From the NCBI GenBank assembly GCA_965112155.1, contig OZ218098.1: DNA of 64,000 nt; one strand, given 5' to 3'. Within the stretch, counting starts at the first letter, position 1; every line of letters begins with the position of its first letter. Shown here piece after piece: positions 12,681 to 25,140 of this stretch. This DNA comes from Podarcis liolepis (Eukaryota). A program made the position numbers and the translations under genes. Below the pieces are notes generated by a model. It was not told the origin of the DNA and made no database searches. It saw nothing but the letters and a program-made list of their open reading frames with translations.

Positions 12681-13400
12681 CTAAACTTTTGTTTAGCAAA
12701 AGAAAAAGGACTAGAAAATGCAGTAGAAAAATGCAATCAGAGTAATAATTTGTTCCAATAAACAATGGAGAAAGAGTTTTGTACTATAGATATGATACTA
12801 GCCCATACATAATGAGAGATTTATTGAATATGATCCTTTTACTTCTACTAGGGGAGAAAAATTCTATTAAAAGCCAAGCTGTGTGACCAATTTTAGCTAC
12901 TTCCTCTCTCTGGTCGTGTTTTCCGTTCTCCTCCTGATACTGCCTCTAGCTGAGTAGCATGGAGCGAGCTCTGGGGCTTATGGGCCCCACTAATTTTAGG
13001 CACTGTCTGTAGCAAGGGGTGTTTTTATTAGAATCTCCAGCTGTCTGGATTTTTCTTTCTCTAATTAGAAATGACAGGAGGAGGATCACATTTTGTTCCA
13101 TTTTGTTTCATCTAGTATTTATAACTTTCCTTTTGAAAGTTGAAATTGAAATTGAAATTAAAAACAAACAAACAAACAAACCCAAAACATGTTGTTCTTA
13201 CTGAGATAATGGAGCTACAGCAATTGAAATCCACACCCTTTCTCCAAAGGCCACACCTCCCCACCTCCAATTCCATGTGATACATGTCTCAAGTTCCACT
13301 GGTAGAAGATTGAATATTTATATAGCTTATCTGATAACACCAGTATGCAATCTCTGCTCCACAAATAGCTGTGGTTATTCATGTCTGCCCTAGCTTACAC

Positions 13401-13437
13401 CTCTCTCCCTCTCTCTCTCCCTCTCTCTCTCTCTCTC
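13401..13437 (+). repeat. (TC)n-rich microsatellite forming the polypyrimidine tract of the last TNS1 exon
   Basis: ctctctccctctctctctccctctctctctctctctc. Confidence 0.85.
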
Positions 13438-13467
13438 CTCCCATTCTTTTCTTTGTCATCTCTGCAG

Positions 13468-13612
13468 ACTCTTTGGCTTTGTGGCCAGGAAACAAGGCAG
13501 TACAACAGACAACGTCTGCCACCTCTTTGCTGAGCTGGACCCTGACCAACCAGCTGCCGCCATTGTCAACTTTGTCTCCAGGGTCATGCTCGGCTCCTCT
13601 CAGAAGAGATGA
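13468..13612 (+). CDS. TNS1: Tensin 1 last coding exon ([47 protein letters not shown])
   Basis: tctgcag acceptor after a (TC)n tract; TGA at 13610-13612; C-terminus VML...QKR is TNS1-like. Confidence 0.96.
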
Positions 13613-16600
13613 ACCGATGCCTTCCCCCTGAAGGGGGCTTCTTGCCCTTGAATTTTGAAGAAGGACTTGGAGTTGTTCCGAGAAGGAGTGCGAGGAAGTG
13701 CGTTGCAAAAGAGGGAAGTGAACCAATTTTAGGGGGCGGGGGGAGAGAGGGAGAGTGGGGGAAGGTCTGAATTGCTGAAAAGCCCAAACCAAGCAAACGT
13801 ACGTACATAGTAAAAACCAAGGAACCGACATCGTCGCTTTCCCTGCCAAGTTCAAGAGGTGTAGACAATTTTGGCTTTTTGGATCAGCATGAAATCAGAG
13901 AATTCAGCCCCACAGGCCAAAGCACGGATCTTATTTACCTTTGTGGGGTAGGACTATATAGTAGTTGCTTGTTTAGAAAATAAGGCAAACTTTTAAAAAA
14001 TCATGAATACGTGAGCTGCAGGAATCACATTGAGAGACATGCCGAACAAGCAATCATTGGTACCCATTTCTGAAAGTAATTGCTCCCAACTCTTCAACTG
14101 CTGAATGTATGGAGCGTGTGTGTGTGTGCCTGTGTGTGCGCATTTGTGTAGTGTGCACCAGTTGCAATACATATCTGTGGAAATCTGCAGTGTTAAGATG
14201 ATGTAATGGTTATTCAGAACGGTTGACCCCTGCATTCTCCCCCTCCTCTAGGAACATTGGCCTCCATTACTCTAGCTGGAGGAGAAGCCTCATGAGCAGT
14301 AGCGCCTGATCTACTACAGAGGCAGGAAGTCCACACCTCATACATGTGCACAGTGCATGTGCACACATAATTTGTATACCAGAGTTGCAGGGAGTATTCC
14401 CCTAGCTAAGTTTAAGGAGCATGCTAGCCACATCATAATTATATCTTCTGGTTTCTATGCAATGAGACCCATGGTAGGTCATTAGAACAGGGAATCTGTC
14501 CCATGATCCCCTTGCCCCTTAAAAAATTAAATACCAGCAGTTTGGGAATGCCATTCCTTTCCTGTCCAGGCTTACCACTTCTCGGTAGGCATGCACGTCA
14601 TTTTGTATCTTGCATGGAAATTATTCAATTGCGCAAAGGCAAGATGAATGATCCAGTAATGGGGAGAGGGGGATCTTGTTTTGAAGCCACTAGGAATAAT
14701 GATGTAAGGAGAGCCAACTTGGTGTGAGCTTTGGCTTAAGCACAGCCATAGTTGATTAATCTGTATCCATTTGAGCTCAACAATTAATATGTAGCAAAAT
14801 TCATTATTTTGCCTCTTCAGGCTTTGTGTTTGCTTCTGGAGGCATCAGATCTTGCACCGACACACTAGTTGACACTTGGCAGTGTTGTCCTCAACTGACA
14901 TTTGTTGTGGAAAGGGAGGCAGTTTCTACCTTGCAAATATTTTTTGTGCAGAGCCGCTACATATCCATTTTCACAGTGAATGAGGTAGTATTGTAGCAGC
15001 AGCCACGGAGGAACTATGTATTTTTCTGCCAACATCACAAATTAGTCTTTTTACTAGCATGACTTCTGTCACTCCTAATGGGGGGCCTGCAGAAGTGCTG
15101 CCTATTAACTAATGGCTCTGGGTATCTTTGTCAAGGAAAGGTTGACTTGTCAGGAGACGTCTGCTTTGTTGTGAAAGTATCCTTCTGTTGTGTAGGGTCC
15201 TCACATTATCTGCACTGGCAAATCCCAGACATGAACACTTGTGCTGAATGGACAAAGAGATGTTCCCATGTGTCAAATCCTATGGGTTTATTGTGAATTT
15301 TTCAACCTCTACTTAGACTAGAGTCAAGGCCCTGCTGAAAGCAAGTTACTTTTGGCTTGCTGTGTCAGCTGGTCCAACGGGGATTGGTCAAAGACTTATG
15401 AAGAGACTAGCATGCATGACAACAACTTGAGTCAACAGATAAGGAGCATGTGGGCAGTAAGCCCTTCACACCCTCCTCTGTTGATAACACGCAGCAGGAC
15501 TCATAACACACAGTATGGATTGGGTTGGGCTGAGACTTCCCATTTAAACCAATGGATGAAAAGTCTGTTCCCCTAAAATGCCATATGGGTTCCTGAATTA
15601 GCAGGGGAAGATCTTTAGAGACAGGGTGTGTGTTGATGAAGCACTTCAGCATGAAGTCATGCAACATTCACTAAAAAGTCAAAATACAAACTCCAAGTCA
15701 TGCAGTCACCTAAATTCCCCTAGAGAGTGTGGCTCTCTCATTGCCTTGATATAATATATATATGTATGTATGTATGTAAGTATGTATGAAATATACTGAC
15801 GAAATAATGTAAGCTAATCAAAAAAATTTAAAGTGAAATTTACACAAAAAGTATTTATTTTTGCCATATTGCTTTTATCTATCTTTTACCTCCTCTGATA
15901 TTTTCATCTTCCTACATTCCCCCCTCCTCCCTGTCCATGTTATAGACTCTTGTATGTATAACTTAGTACAAAGTGCTTATTTGGTTAGTATTATTGACAT
16001 GGGCAAGATTTCAAAAGATGTCCATCCTTCTCCACCCCAGCCCCATAAGAGCAATGTATTTTGATATCATGCCACAGGGCAGTGCAACAATACAGCCTTT
16101 CTCATCCCCACCTCCTCATTTTTAGAAATGAGCAAGTGAGCATGTATAAATTTTGTACTTCGTTGCTGAGTGACGCAAAGGTTAGAGGTGTGCGTATGTG
16201 TGAAAGTGTGTGAAGAGAGACTTATTTCTGGATACTGTATAAAGCATGAGTTTTGCATCCAAGGACTGTTGTCGAGATGGTTCCTTGGATGGAGTGGGAG
16301 CATCAGTTGTTGGTGTCATCGTCCAGGCTCTGCCCCACCCGCATCCAGATGGGATGCCAGAGACTGCGATAGCTTATTCTCTTCTAGGTTACAAATATTT
16401 CCTCCTTCTGCAAAATTCAAGCAAGATGATTCCCCCTCCCTCACCTGCAACTGTCTCACCCTGCCATTAACCAATTAGAGAAACACTGTGTCTATAGATA
16501 TATATATAAATATTATAAATATATATATTTTTTGAAAGTCTCTATTTTTCAGACTTCATTTTTTCACTGCTTTCAAAAAATTAAAATTTGCAATCTCACC

Positions 16601-19600
16601 CTTCCCCTTCATCATTTGCTGTCTTGCCACAGAGAGCGGTATTGAAACTTTATGGTTCATTATTGTTTTGCCATTCAAAGGAAGTGACCTTGATATAAGG
16701 CTTCTGTGGTCACATATATATCATCATGGCGAGCACACGCATGTCAGAATACCTGCTTCCAGCCATGACCTGCTCACTGCTCCTTTACTAACTCACTAGC
16801 TGAAGATGGAAAGTTTAAAGATCCCTATGTGTTTGGGCCATACTTGCTGACTATGGCTTTATTTTAAAAGGCAGAGCTAATCACATTATGTAACTTGTTG
16901 CTTTTCCAGCTTGCATTCAAGACAAAAGCTGCATTTTAGGAGTAACTGTTGTATTTATCAACCACAGTTTTTCCATAGATCAGGTCCCCAGCTCCTCCAG
17001 GGTGGCTCTCAATCTGGAGCTAACCAAGTGCTTGTGAAAAAGAGCACAAAGAGGCACAAGAAGTTGCTAGAAGAAATGAGAGTTCCCCCAGACCCAATAA
17101 TTTCTGTGTATATCTTGATTGGGTTAGTGGAGTATGATTTTTATCTGCCCTTCCTTCCTTTCCCTCAACTTGCAGTGTGCCTCTCTATTTGTGCTAAGAA
17201 CCATAGAGCAGGGATCAAAAGGAGACCAATCTCGATGGAAACCTCTGGTCCATTCTTATGGACTGCCAGTGCCAACCCAGGAAGGAACATCCTGGCATAT
17301 GTGAGGAGAAGGCAACCAGTTTTCGAAATACTCTCACAACTTCAGAGGCAACAGATTGTCTCCTTCTCTGCAATCTCTGCCTTGTGGGGCTACTTGCGTC
17401 TGCCATGTTCTTTATCCATTGATCTCCCCGCACCCAGTTACTTGCCCAGGATGTAAGTGAGCTGCTCACTAGGTGAGTCATCCTTGGGTTGGTTTGTTGG
17501 TGTTAATTTGCCTCAGCCACAGTTTCTTCATAGGCTTAAGGAGGCTGTTTGTGGCACTGGAGAGAGCGAGTCCCTGTTCTAAACTGGTTTAGTTGCTTTC
17601 TGCCAAACTCCCAAGTGCTGGAGGAGCTGCTGCAATCCCCGAAAAAAAAAAACTTGTGCCATTTATTGAATGTCTTTTAAAGAGCACAAGAGAAGATAAT
17701 TCCATCTGAAACTCACCAAATCATTTCCAATGCCTGGGACTGATGTCTAATGTAATCCCCCCCCCCCATGTATGCAATGTAGTAATAACTCTACCCTTTC
17801 AATAGAAGGTGTTATATTTTATACACATGCACACAAACACCCTCCTCCGTACACAAAGAACTGCATAATCTTGCCAAAGATACCTGTTTGAAATGCACTT
17901 TCCTCTTCCTGTTGGCTGTACATTTCTTGAATGTGCCTCTTTTCCTCTCTTTAGTTTTTCTTTCTTTGTTTTAAAATCGTGTTTACTAGTGACTTTTGTT
18001 CATTATGTTTTTCTCTAGCAAATTTGTGAAACTCAAATCACCCTTCCACCAGCTGGGTGGTGATAACTAATCTGATATATAACTTGAGATTTGAGGAAGG
18101 TTACTGAGCAGTGAAACAGCCAAAGTAAGATGTAGAAGAGAACAGGAGCAAAGCCATTCAGATACCCTCATGTCCAGTTCCTTAAATGTTATAAAAATCC
18201 CAAATTTATCCCTAAAGCTCCTGCACTTGCTTGCTTTAAATACAACTTCAAATAAGTAATCATTTTAAAATAAGTAATCCCTTCCCAATGCCTGTGAAAG
18301 AAATTTAAAGTAAACAGCATTAGAGACAGTACTGTCTCTTTTTGTCTCTATGTAGCTGACATACAACGGACAAAGATGTTTAATATTTTGCAGCAACAAA
18401 TATTATTTGACATCCAGCTCAATATAGCTGTGAGGATTAATGACCTAATATATCTCTGCAATATGGCAAACAGAACGGCTGCACTGCTACTCTACATGGA
18501 GCATTGAGCTAGCATTGTAGTTTTGCTAAATCTTTCTTGTAGCATAAGAAAGTCATAAGGCCAGAGTCATAAGGACCATACTAGACCAATACCCAAAAGA
18601 AACCAATGACCTGTGCTCAGTAATTGGAACTGGATGTATTGGAGAAACATTTAAAGGCCACAGGCCCAATATATTACTATATTCTGGCAACCATCAATTT
18701 ATTAATCTGTTCGTGGATGACTCACAACACGTTATTCAAGTTGAGTCTGTTCTGATTAAGCCAAGAAGTTCAGTTAAACATTAAAAGGGATAAAGCCATC
18801 ACTTTGTGAGGCCATGTGAGGAATAAACTCCCAGGTTTATACATGGACATAATAGCTTCTGTCATACTAAGGCAATGAAGACTAGCATCTCCTATTGCAG
18901 CCCCCTTGTAGACCCATTTTAGAAGTTGTTCCATAATTTGTCATCATAGTGTTTGTACAGCATTTTCATCAGCATTCTCACCCACATAAAAAAACAAAAC
19001 CCTTGTTCAACATGGCCCCTCATTCACCCATTGCCCAGTAATGGCAACCTGGTAGCATACCCACAAAGCTCCTGTGGTTCTCCAAATATATCATTAGCCA
19101 ATGCCATCCAATATATACCTGAATTTGGGGCTAAAGAAAAGCAGCATGTATAGGGTTATTAATAAAAGCAACAAAGAAAGACACCTGAAACGACACCGGT
19201 ATATTGAGCTCCACATTTTACTCCTAACCATATTCCTTGGAAATGTCCCATTACAATCATGTGGTCCTACAAGTGATGGGTTTAGGATTGGGATGCTGGT
19301 TTCTGTTGCAAGTAGGTACTTTTTCAAAAAGCAGCATAAAATTACTCAACTCTGGAGGACGCCCTTTGATCTCCAGTAGTCAATTCCCATTTTTTAAAGT
19401 AGGTCTACAGGAGGTGAGCGGCATAGCTCCAAAATCAGTTTCAGATTTAAAACCAAATGGTCCAAATCTAACAGTGTTTACTAGGAAGCACATCCCATTC
19501 AAGTCAGTGACATCTACTCTCAAGTTAAGAGGGCAGTTCTATGCAGAAGTCAATTCCACTGAAGACAATAGAACTTATAGACAATGGTTATAGGGTTGCA

Positions 19601-20150
19601 GCCGCTAGAAGCAGGGCGATCCAGACTTTAAAACTGCAGTTCAGACTATTTGCTGTTTTATGACTACCATGGTTAATGTTGTTACAGCATCCTTTATCAG
19701 TATTAATGACCTTTTAAAGCAACTTTTTGTTTCTTCTTGCATCCCCTCCCATTTTTTAAGCACACACCAAACATGCAAATGCCTACACAAAGAGGAGTAA
19801 TTGGGAAGGGAAACAAGCCACATGCCAGAATTAACTCCCTTTTTATGTATTTATACAGACAGAATTATCCTTTATATTTTGTATCTTTGTGCCCATACCT
19901 TTTGTCACTTCTCTAAGAGACGCCTCTGCATCACCCATGGTTCACGTGTGAATGAACCATGCACAACTAAGCTTTCCTTTCCCTTTGTACAGCTATCTTG
20001 ACTCATTGCAGTTCCTTGTATGGCTTTATAAATGATAAGATTTTAAACAAAATCAATTATATGAAATATACTGTTGCTTGAAAATGCCCAGCTTGGTGTC
20101 TGGATTGCTGGAATTGTATCTCAAAACTTTAAGGGAGCAAAGGAATAAAG
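13613..20150 (+). other. TNS1: Probable long TNS1 3' UTR (3' end uncertain)
   Basis: Follows the stop codon; AU-rich blocks; no young TEs until about 20.7 kb; candidate poly(A) hexamers AATAAA at 18822, 19161 and 20144, and variant AATATA at 20065 followed by a GU-rich stretch. Confidence 0.55.
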
Positions 20151-20700
20151 ACTCTCTACTTTTTGCACAGGGAAATCATGATGGTGGCTGTATTCACTCC
20201 TGCTCCCTTGCACTCTCACACCGAAGAGTTTGCACACTGCAAAAGAATAATAGAAAATGGTCCCAGCCAGTTCTAGAGTTGCTCCTGAATTTCACTCAAA
20301 GAGAAATTTGAGGTGAATGTAGCCATTCTTGCTTGCTCCTTTTGCCAACCCCCCCCCCCCTGGAGAATTTTGAAGAAAAACTGAAATGATTGCACAAAGA
20401 CCAGTAGCAGTTTCCACTCATTATCACCTGTTTAGGTAAATGTGGACCTCTCCTACAGCAGCCCAGCCTCTGCAACAAAAAGTTGGGTCAGAGAGCAGGA
20501 GGGGCTTTCTAGTGGAGCACCTTGCACGTACCTGTTTGGGAGGACACAAGGGTCACTGTGTCCACAGAATCCTTTTCTTCACCCTGCAGTGGTTTTTCTA
20601 GAATTCCCAATGCATGCAAACGCATAAAGAAGGTTGCACCACATCAGGCATTGGGTATGATACAGAAATTGGGGAATCTATCTATCTATCTATATGGTTA

Positions 20701-21062
20701 AAAAGGTAAAGGACCCCTGACAGTTAAGTCCAGTCGCAGACGACTCTGGGGTTGCGGTGCTCATCTCGCTTTACAGACCGAGGGAGCCGACATTTGTCCA
20801 CAGACAGTTTTTCTGGGTCATGTGGCCAGCATGACTAAGCTGCTTCTGGCAAAACCAGAGTAGTGCATGGAAATGCTGTTTATCTTCCTGCTAGAGCAGT
20901 ACCTATTTATCTACTTGCACTATTTTTGGCATGCTTTCAAACTGCTAGGTTGGCAGGAGCTGGGACCGAGCAACGAGAGCTCACCCTGTTGCAGGGATTC
21001 AACCTTCTGATTGGCAAGCCCAAGAGGCTCAGTGGTTTAGACCACAGCACCACCCGCATCCC
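20701..21062 (-). mobile_element. Sauria SINE (more diverged subfamily)
   Basis: AAGGTAAAGGACCCCTGAC...CACAGCACCACCCGCATCCC, same architecture as the 6900 copy. Confidence 0.9.
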
Positions 21063-22483
21063 TGGCATCTATCTGGTTATCATAGGCTAATAACTGGCAG
21101 TCTTTTACTGTAAGCACCTTCCTCCTGCTACTGGTTAAGTTGCTGTTATGTCACAGAACAGTCACATACATTATAAATACTGCTGAGAGGACTCTTTCTC
21201 AATATTTGAAAAGCAGTGCCATTGCTGTGTAGGGAATGCAAAGCTGCCAGAGTAAAGTTGCACAAAGACCCTTACAAAAAGGGGGTGGAGTGGTCTTGGT
21301 GAGAAGCAATAGTGGAAATCCAAGTAGGAAAACCCCTAGGAAGTAGCAGAGAAAAGAACAAGGGGTCTAAGAGGAAAGTTAGATGAAGGAAAGGGTGAAG
21401 AGATGAGGAAGAAATAGGAGCTGGGATGGAATGAGAGGGGGAACTGATAAAAATCTGCATAGGAACATAGAATCTGCTTTATTTTCCCTGTTTTGTCACA
21501 CTGGAAAGTAACACTGGGGCAGAAAGTGGGGAAGTCATTCTCACTTGTGCCATGTTAGATATATCACATCAAATGAACTCTTTGCCACAGGTTGAGTGGG
21601 TGGGATTCTTATCCTCTGATCCTTAGAAAATGGGATCTTTCTTTTTAAAACAACATCTGAGTGCCTCCAGGGTGTCCGTATTTTGCAAGAGGGGCTCAGG
21701 TACATGCAAGGACTTTAGGTTTGCACAATTAAAGTGGATTAAAGCACAACAAATCGACTTTTGAAAAATAAAAAATGGACCTTTTGCAATTTGGGAAGTG
21801 ATGGGGAAATGCATTGATAAGTGTGGGCTGAACAACTCACTAAGGAAAGATATACAAACACCCTGCAAGCATCTGCCCCATGAACAAAAAAGAATGAATA
21901 CACGGTAAAGACCAGACATCACCACCATTGTGCACACTTTGTTCAAGCAAATTGGAATGGTGAAGAAAAAAACTCATCTGAAGGAGCTTAGTGTACTGGG
22001 TAAGCACTTCTCCCATCATGTCCACCATATCAATTCTCTTTCCATCCTTCTTTCTAACAGAGACAAGGTGCTTTGGAACGTAGGTATTTCTGAGTGATAT
22101 CTGCAACCAGATGACTGACAGACATACTTTTCAGTTGCTTGCTGTTATCAGTGACTTAATAAAAATTACTTAGTATGTGAAGTACATAACGCAATAAATG
22201 TTTACCCTCAACAAACTTGCCAAGTGCTCTTTGGAACAACACACAAAGCCCAAGATCTTCAGTCATGTTAAGCCATGATATTCAGCAAGATTACAAATTG
22301 TAATTTCTGTTCAGCCTAGGAAAAGGCAAAATTACAGTCAACAGGAAACATGTGACTCTGCCAATAATGGCGAACAATCTGCGTTTATCCCATATTCTGC
22401 CATCCTCCTCCTGCTACACAATCCCTGACATTGTCAATAACCAACAAAGTGAAGCATGGGAAATATACAGCACAATGATATCA

Positions 22484-22714
22484 CATACCTGTCAATTGTC
22501 CCACTTTGAGCGGGACATCCCAGAATTACACAAGCCACCCTGGCTTCTGATTGGATCCTGGGATCTCCTGTTTTGGCTCCCACAAGAGCACAGCCTAAAA
22601 AGATGCTCTATTGGGGGTGGGGCATGCTCTTGTACGAGTCACCTGACTCCCATGAGAGCAGGGCCCTGAAAGACGTGCATCCTGATTTTCCACTGCGGGA
22701 TGTTGGAGGGTATG
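22484..22714. mobile_element. Non-autonomous DNA transposon (MITE) with CATACC...GGTATG ends
   Basis: Terminal inverted repeats, ATATCA duplicated on both flanks; related element at about 57830-58172. Confidence 0.6.
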
Positions 22715-24310
22715 ATATCAGAGTGTAGGGTAAGGTGAATCACAAGCTATGGAGCACTGGGACACAGTGGAGAGAAATGCAGGATATTCTGTTTCCCCGT
22801 TGCAGACAGTTATGTATGTCATGCCTAAGGGTTGTTTTCTAATGTGACCATTTCCATAAATCAGATGGAGAACCCGAGCCCTCTGGATGTTACAGAACTA
22901 CAGCTCCCATCAGCCCTAACAATTGGCCATGATGGCTTGGACCCATGGGAGCTGGAGTCCAATGACATCTAGAGGGCCTCAGGTTCCCTACTTCTGCCAT
23001 AAATTTGTTCATATTCTGAGACTAATCAAATCAAAGTTCCTGGCTGTCTTTTCTTCCTAGGAAAGAAAGTGGGTCCTAAAACAAGTAACATTAATTTTTA
23101 TAGCAAATGCCAACCAGACACTTTAGGCACCACTCCTAGGTGCCAGCTCTTCAGAGATCAAGTTTTACAGCTTCTTTCCAGACCCTTAAATGCTCTGTTA
23201 ATGATCCCTCTCTCGGTTCATGCATTTGTTACAATAACTTGAGAAAAAACAGATATATTTTAGGGAAATCTTGTTTGTAAGCAACAGAGATCCTCTATCA
23301 ACACTGTATGGATTCTTTGGATTGTATGGATTCCCAGGATTCTTTTTCTTTTTTCTTTTGGAGTGGGGAGGATGTGCTTTAAAATGTACTTTAAATGCGT
23401 ATTGTGTATGCAGCCTCAGAATACCCAAACAAAATGTGTGTCTGGTCTTTTTCTGGGTGAGTTACAAGTGCAATGAAGTGACACAGAAAGAACAAAACAA
23501 ACACCTTCAACTCCAGGCCTCTATTCTTTTTCAAGGGTTTAACTTTCTTGCTTTCTCTATAATCTTCACAATTGCCCTTTAAGGAAGATCAATATGATCA
23601 TGGCCTCTGCATGAGAGATCACTGGCTTACCACAAACTCATGGCTGTATAGGTGAGGCAAAATTTCAGCCATGGTTTTACTGGCTCAGAGCTTTCATGTA
23701 CAACCACTTCACAATCTCAGCTTGTCAGAGAATTAGCCAGTGGACCACAGCAAGCTAGGAAGTCTGATTTCCCTCAAATATCTCTGATATTAAGCATTAA
23801 CATGGACATGGGTGGGCCCATATGTCCAGTGTGATTTGACTGCCAGAATGAGAGAGAGAGAGAGAGAATATATATCATAAATCTAAGGAGATGTCTCTTT
23901 GCTAAACCAGTAAAACAATGCAATGTTTTTGTTAGGGAGCAAATGCCTTATTTCCTTTTCAACATTCCTCCCGGGCTTCTGGTTTATATTGCTGCCCAAC
24001 AGCTCATTTTGCACAGAAATTGCAGGCATTTGTAATTTGCATTTTGACTGCTCTGGGTCATTCATGCCATATGACTCCACCCTCTCTCAAGATGGAGGAT
24101 TTCTTTTCCATCCTTTTTTGGGGAAGTGGGTGGGTGGTTGCGAGTCCTACTGCACATCAAAGCGTCTGTTAATTTACTGCAGCCTTGTTCTGCTGCCCAT
24201 CCTACATACTCATACTTAACTGCCAGGACTGCATACACAGTACATCAGCTTCGTTACTGGGACTACTTCAAATTAGTTTGGAGCATAAATGAATACACGT
24301 TAATGAAATA

Positions 24311-24524
24311 CAGTAATACTTCTGTGAACGTCCACCTCGTCTAGCATCCATTCCAGCAAACGTCCGCGGCAAACCTGGAAGTAACAGAACCGGGTTACTT
24401 CTGGGTTTGCTGCTTGCACATGCACAGAAGCACAAACTGCTCTGCACGTGTGCACACAGCGCTTTGCCTGTGTCCTTTTCGGCTAGCGACCGGGGATCCA
24501 TTCTGGCAAAACAAGGTATGACTG
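24311..24524. mobile_element. Tc1/mariner (Tigger-like) MITE
   Basis: TA|CAGTAATAC...GGTATGACTG|TA: imperfect TIRs, TA target duplication. Confidence 0.7.
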
Positions 24525-24777
24525 TACAACAATGTACAGAAAAGTGAAGGCTGAGGTTTGGAGAACAATGCTTGCAGCTTCAGTTGGGGCTGATGAGAAT
24601 TGTGTTTCAACCCATGAAGCCCCTGTTGGGATAGTGCCAATAAGCTGCAAGCACCTTAAGTGTTCCCCTCTTATCCATGAAACGACAGCTGTTGAAGCTG
24701 CTACCTGCTACCCTGTCCTAGATCCCAAACTTTCCCCCTTTGGGACCTGGACATGTTGGCAGGGAGGACTGGAGCTA

Positions 24778-25140
24778 CAGGCAGGGAGGAAATTCAACTC
24801 AGTTTTCATTTAAAGGTGGATCTATTAAATTCGCTCTTTCGAAAGCAATAGGAGAACTGAAACACAGCCCTACTTCAAAATTCACACTTCTCTGAATTTT
24901 GCAATGCAGTTCACCAACCAATGTTTACATTGCATTATATTAGGGGGGGGGGGTTTGTTTTCAAAGATGTGGTACATGTGTCAAAACTGCATACATAAAT
25001 GTGTTTATTAGGAGAAATTCACATTAAACTGCTCAATCCCTTTCATGAGTATTTTTTTAAAGCAAATTGCTGCAGAAATGTGGAGAACTGAATTTAATAC
25101 TGGAAAAATGAGAAACAGAGAGAACCAAAGTTGGCAGTTC
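24778..25140 (+). mobile_element. AT-rich non-autonomous DNA transposon (hAT-like family, 5 copies in window)
   Basis: Homologous to 48099-48494 and 56349-56797 (shared blocks TTATTAGGAGAAATT, GAAATGTGGAGAACTGAATTTAA, GGAAAAATGAGA). Confidence 0.65.

Noticed and set aside
13610-13620. Stop-codon readthrough of TNS1
   Set aside because: Context is TGA-ACC, not the TGA-CTAG readthrough motif
13379-13855. 158-aa minus-strand ORF
   Set aside because: Antisense shadow of the last TNS1 exon plus the (TC)n repeat
16911-17456. 181-aa ORF on + strand
   Set aside because: Non-ATG start, no recognisable domain, lies inside the probable TNS1 3' UTR
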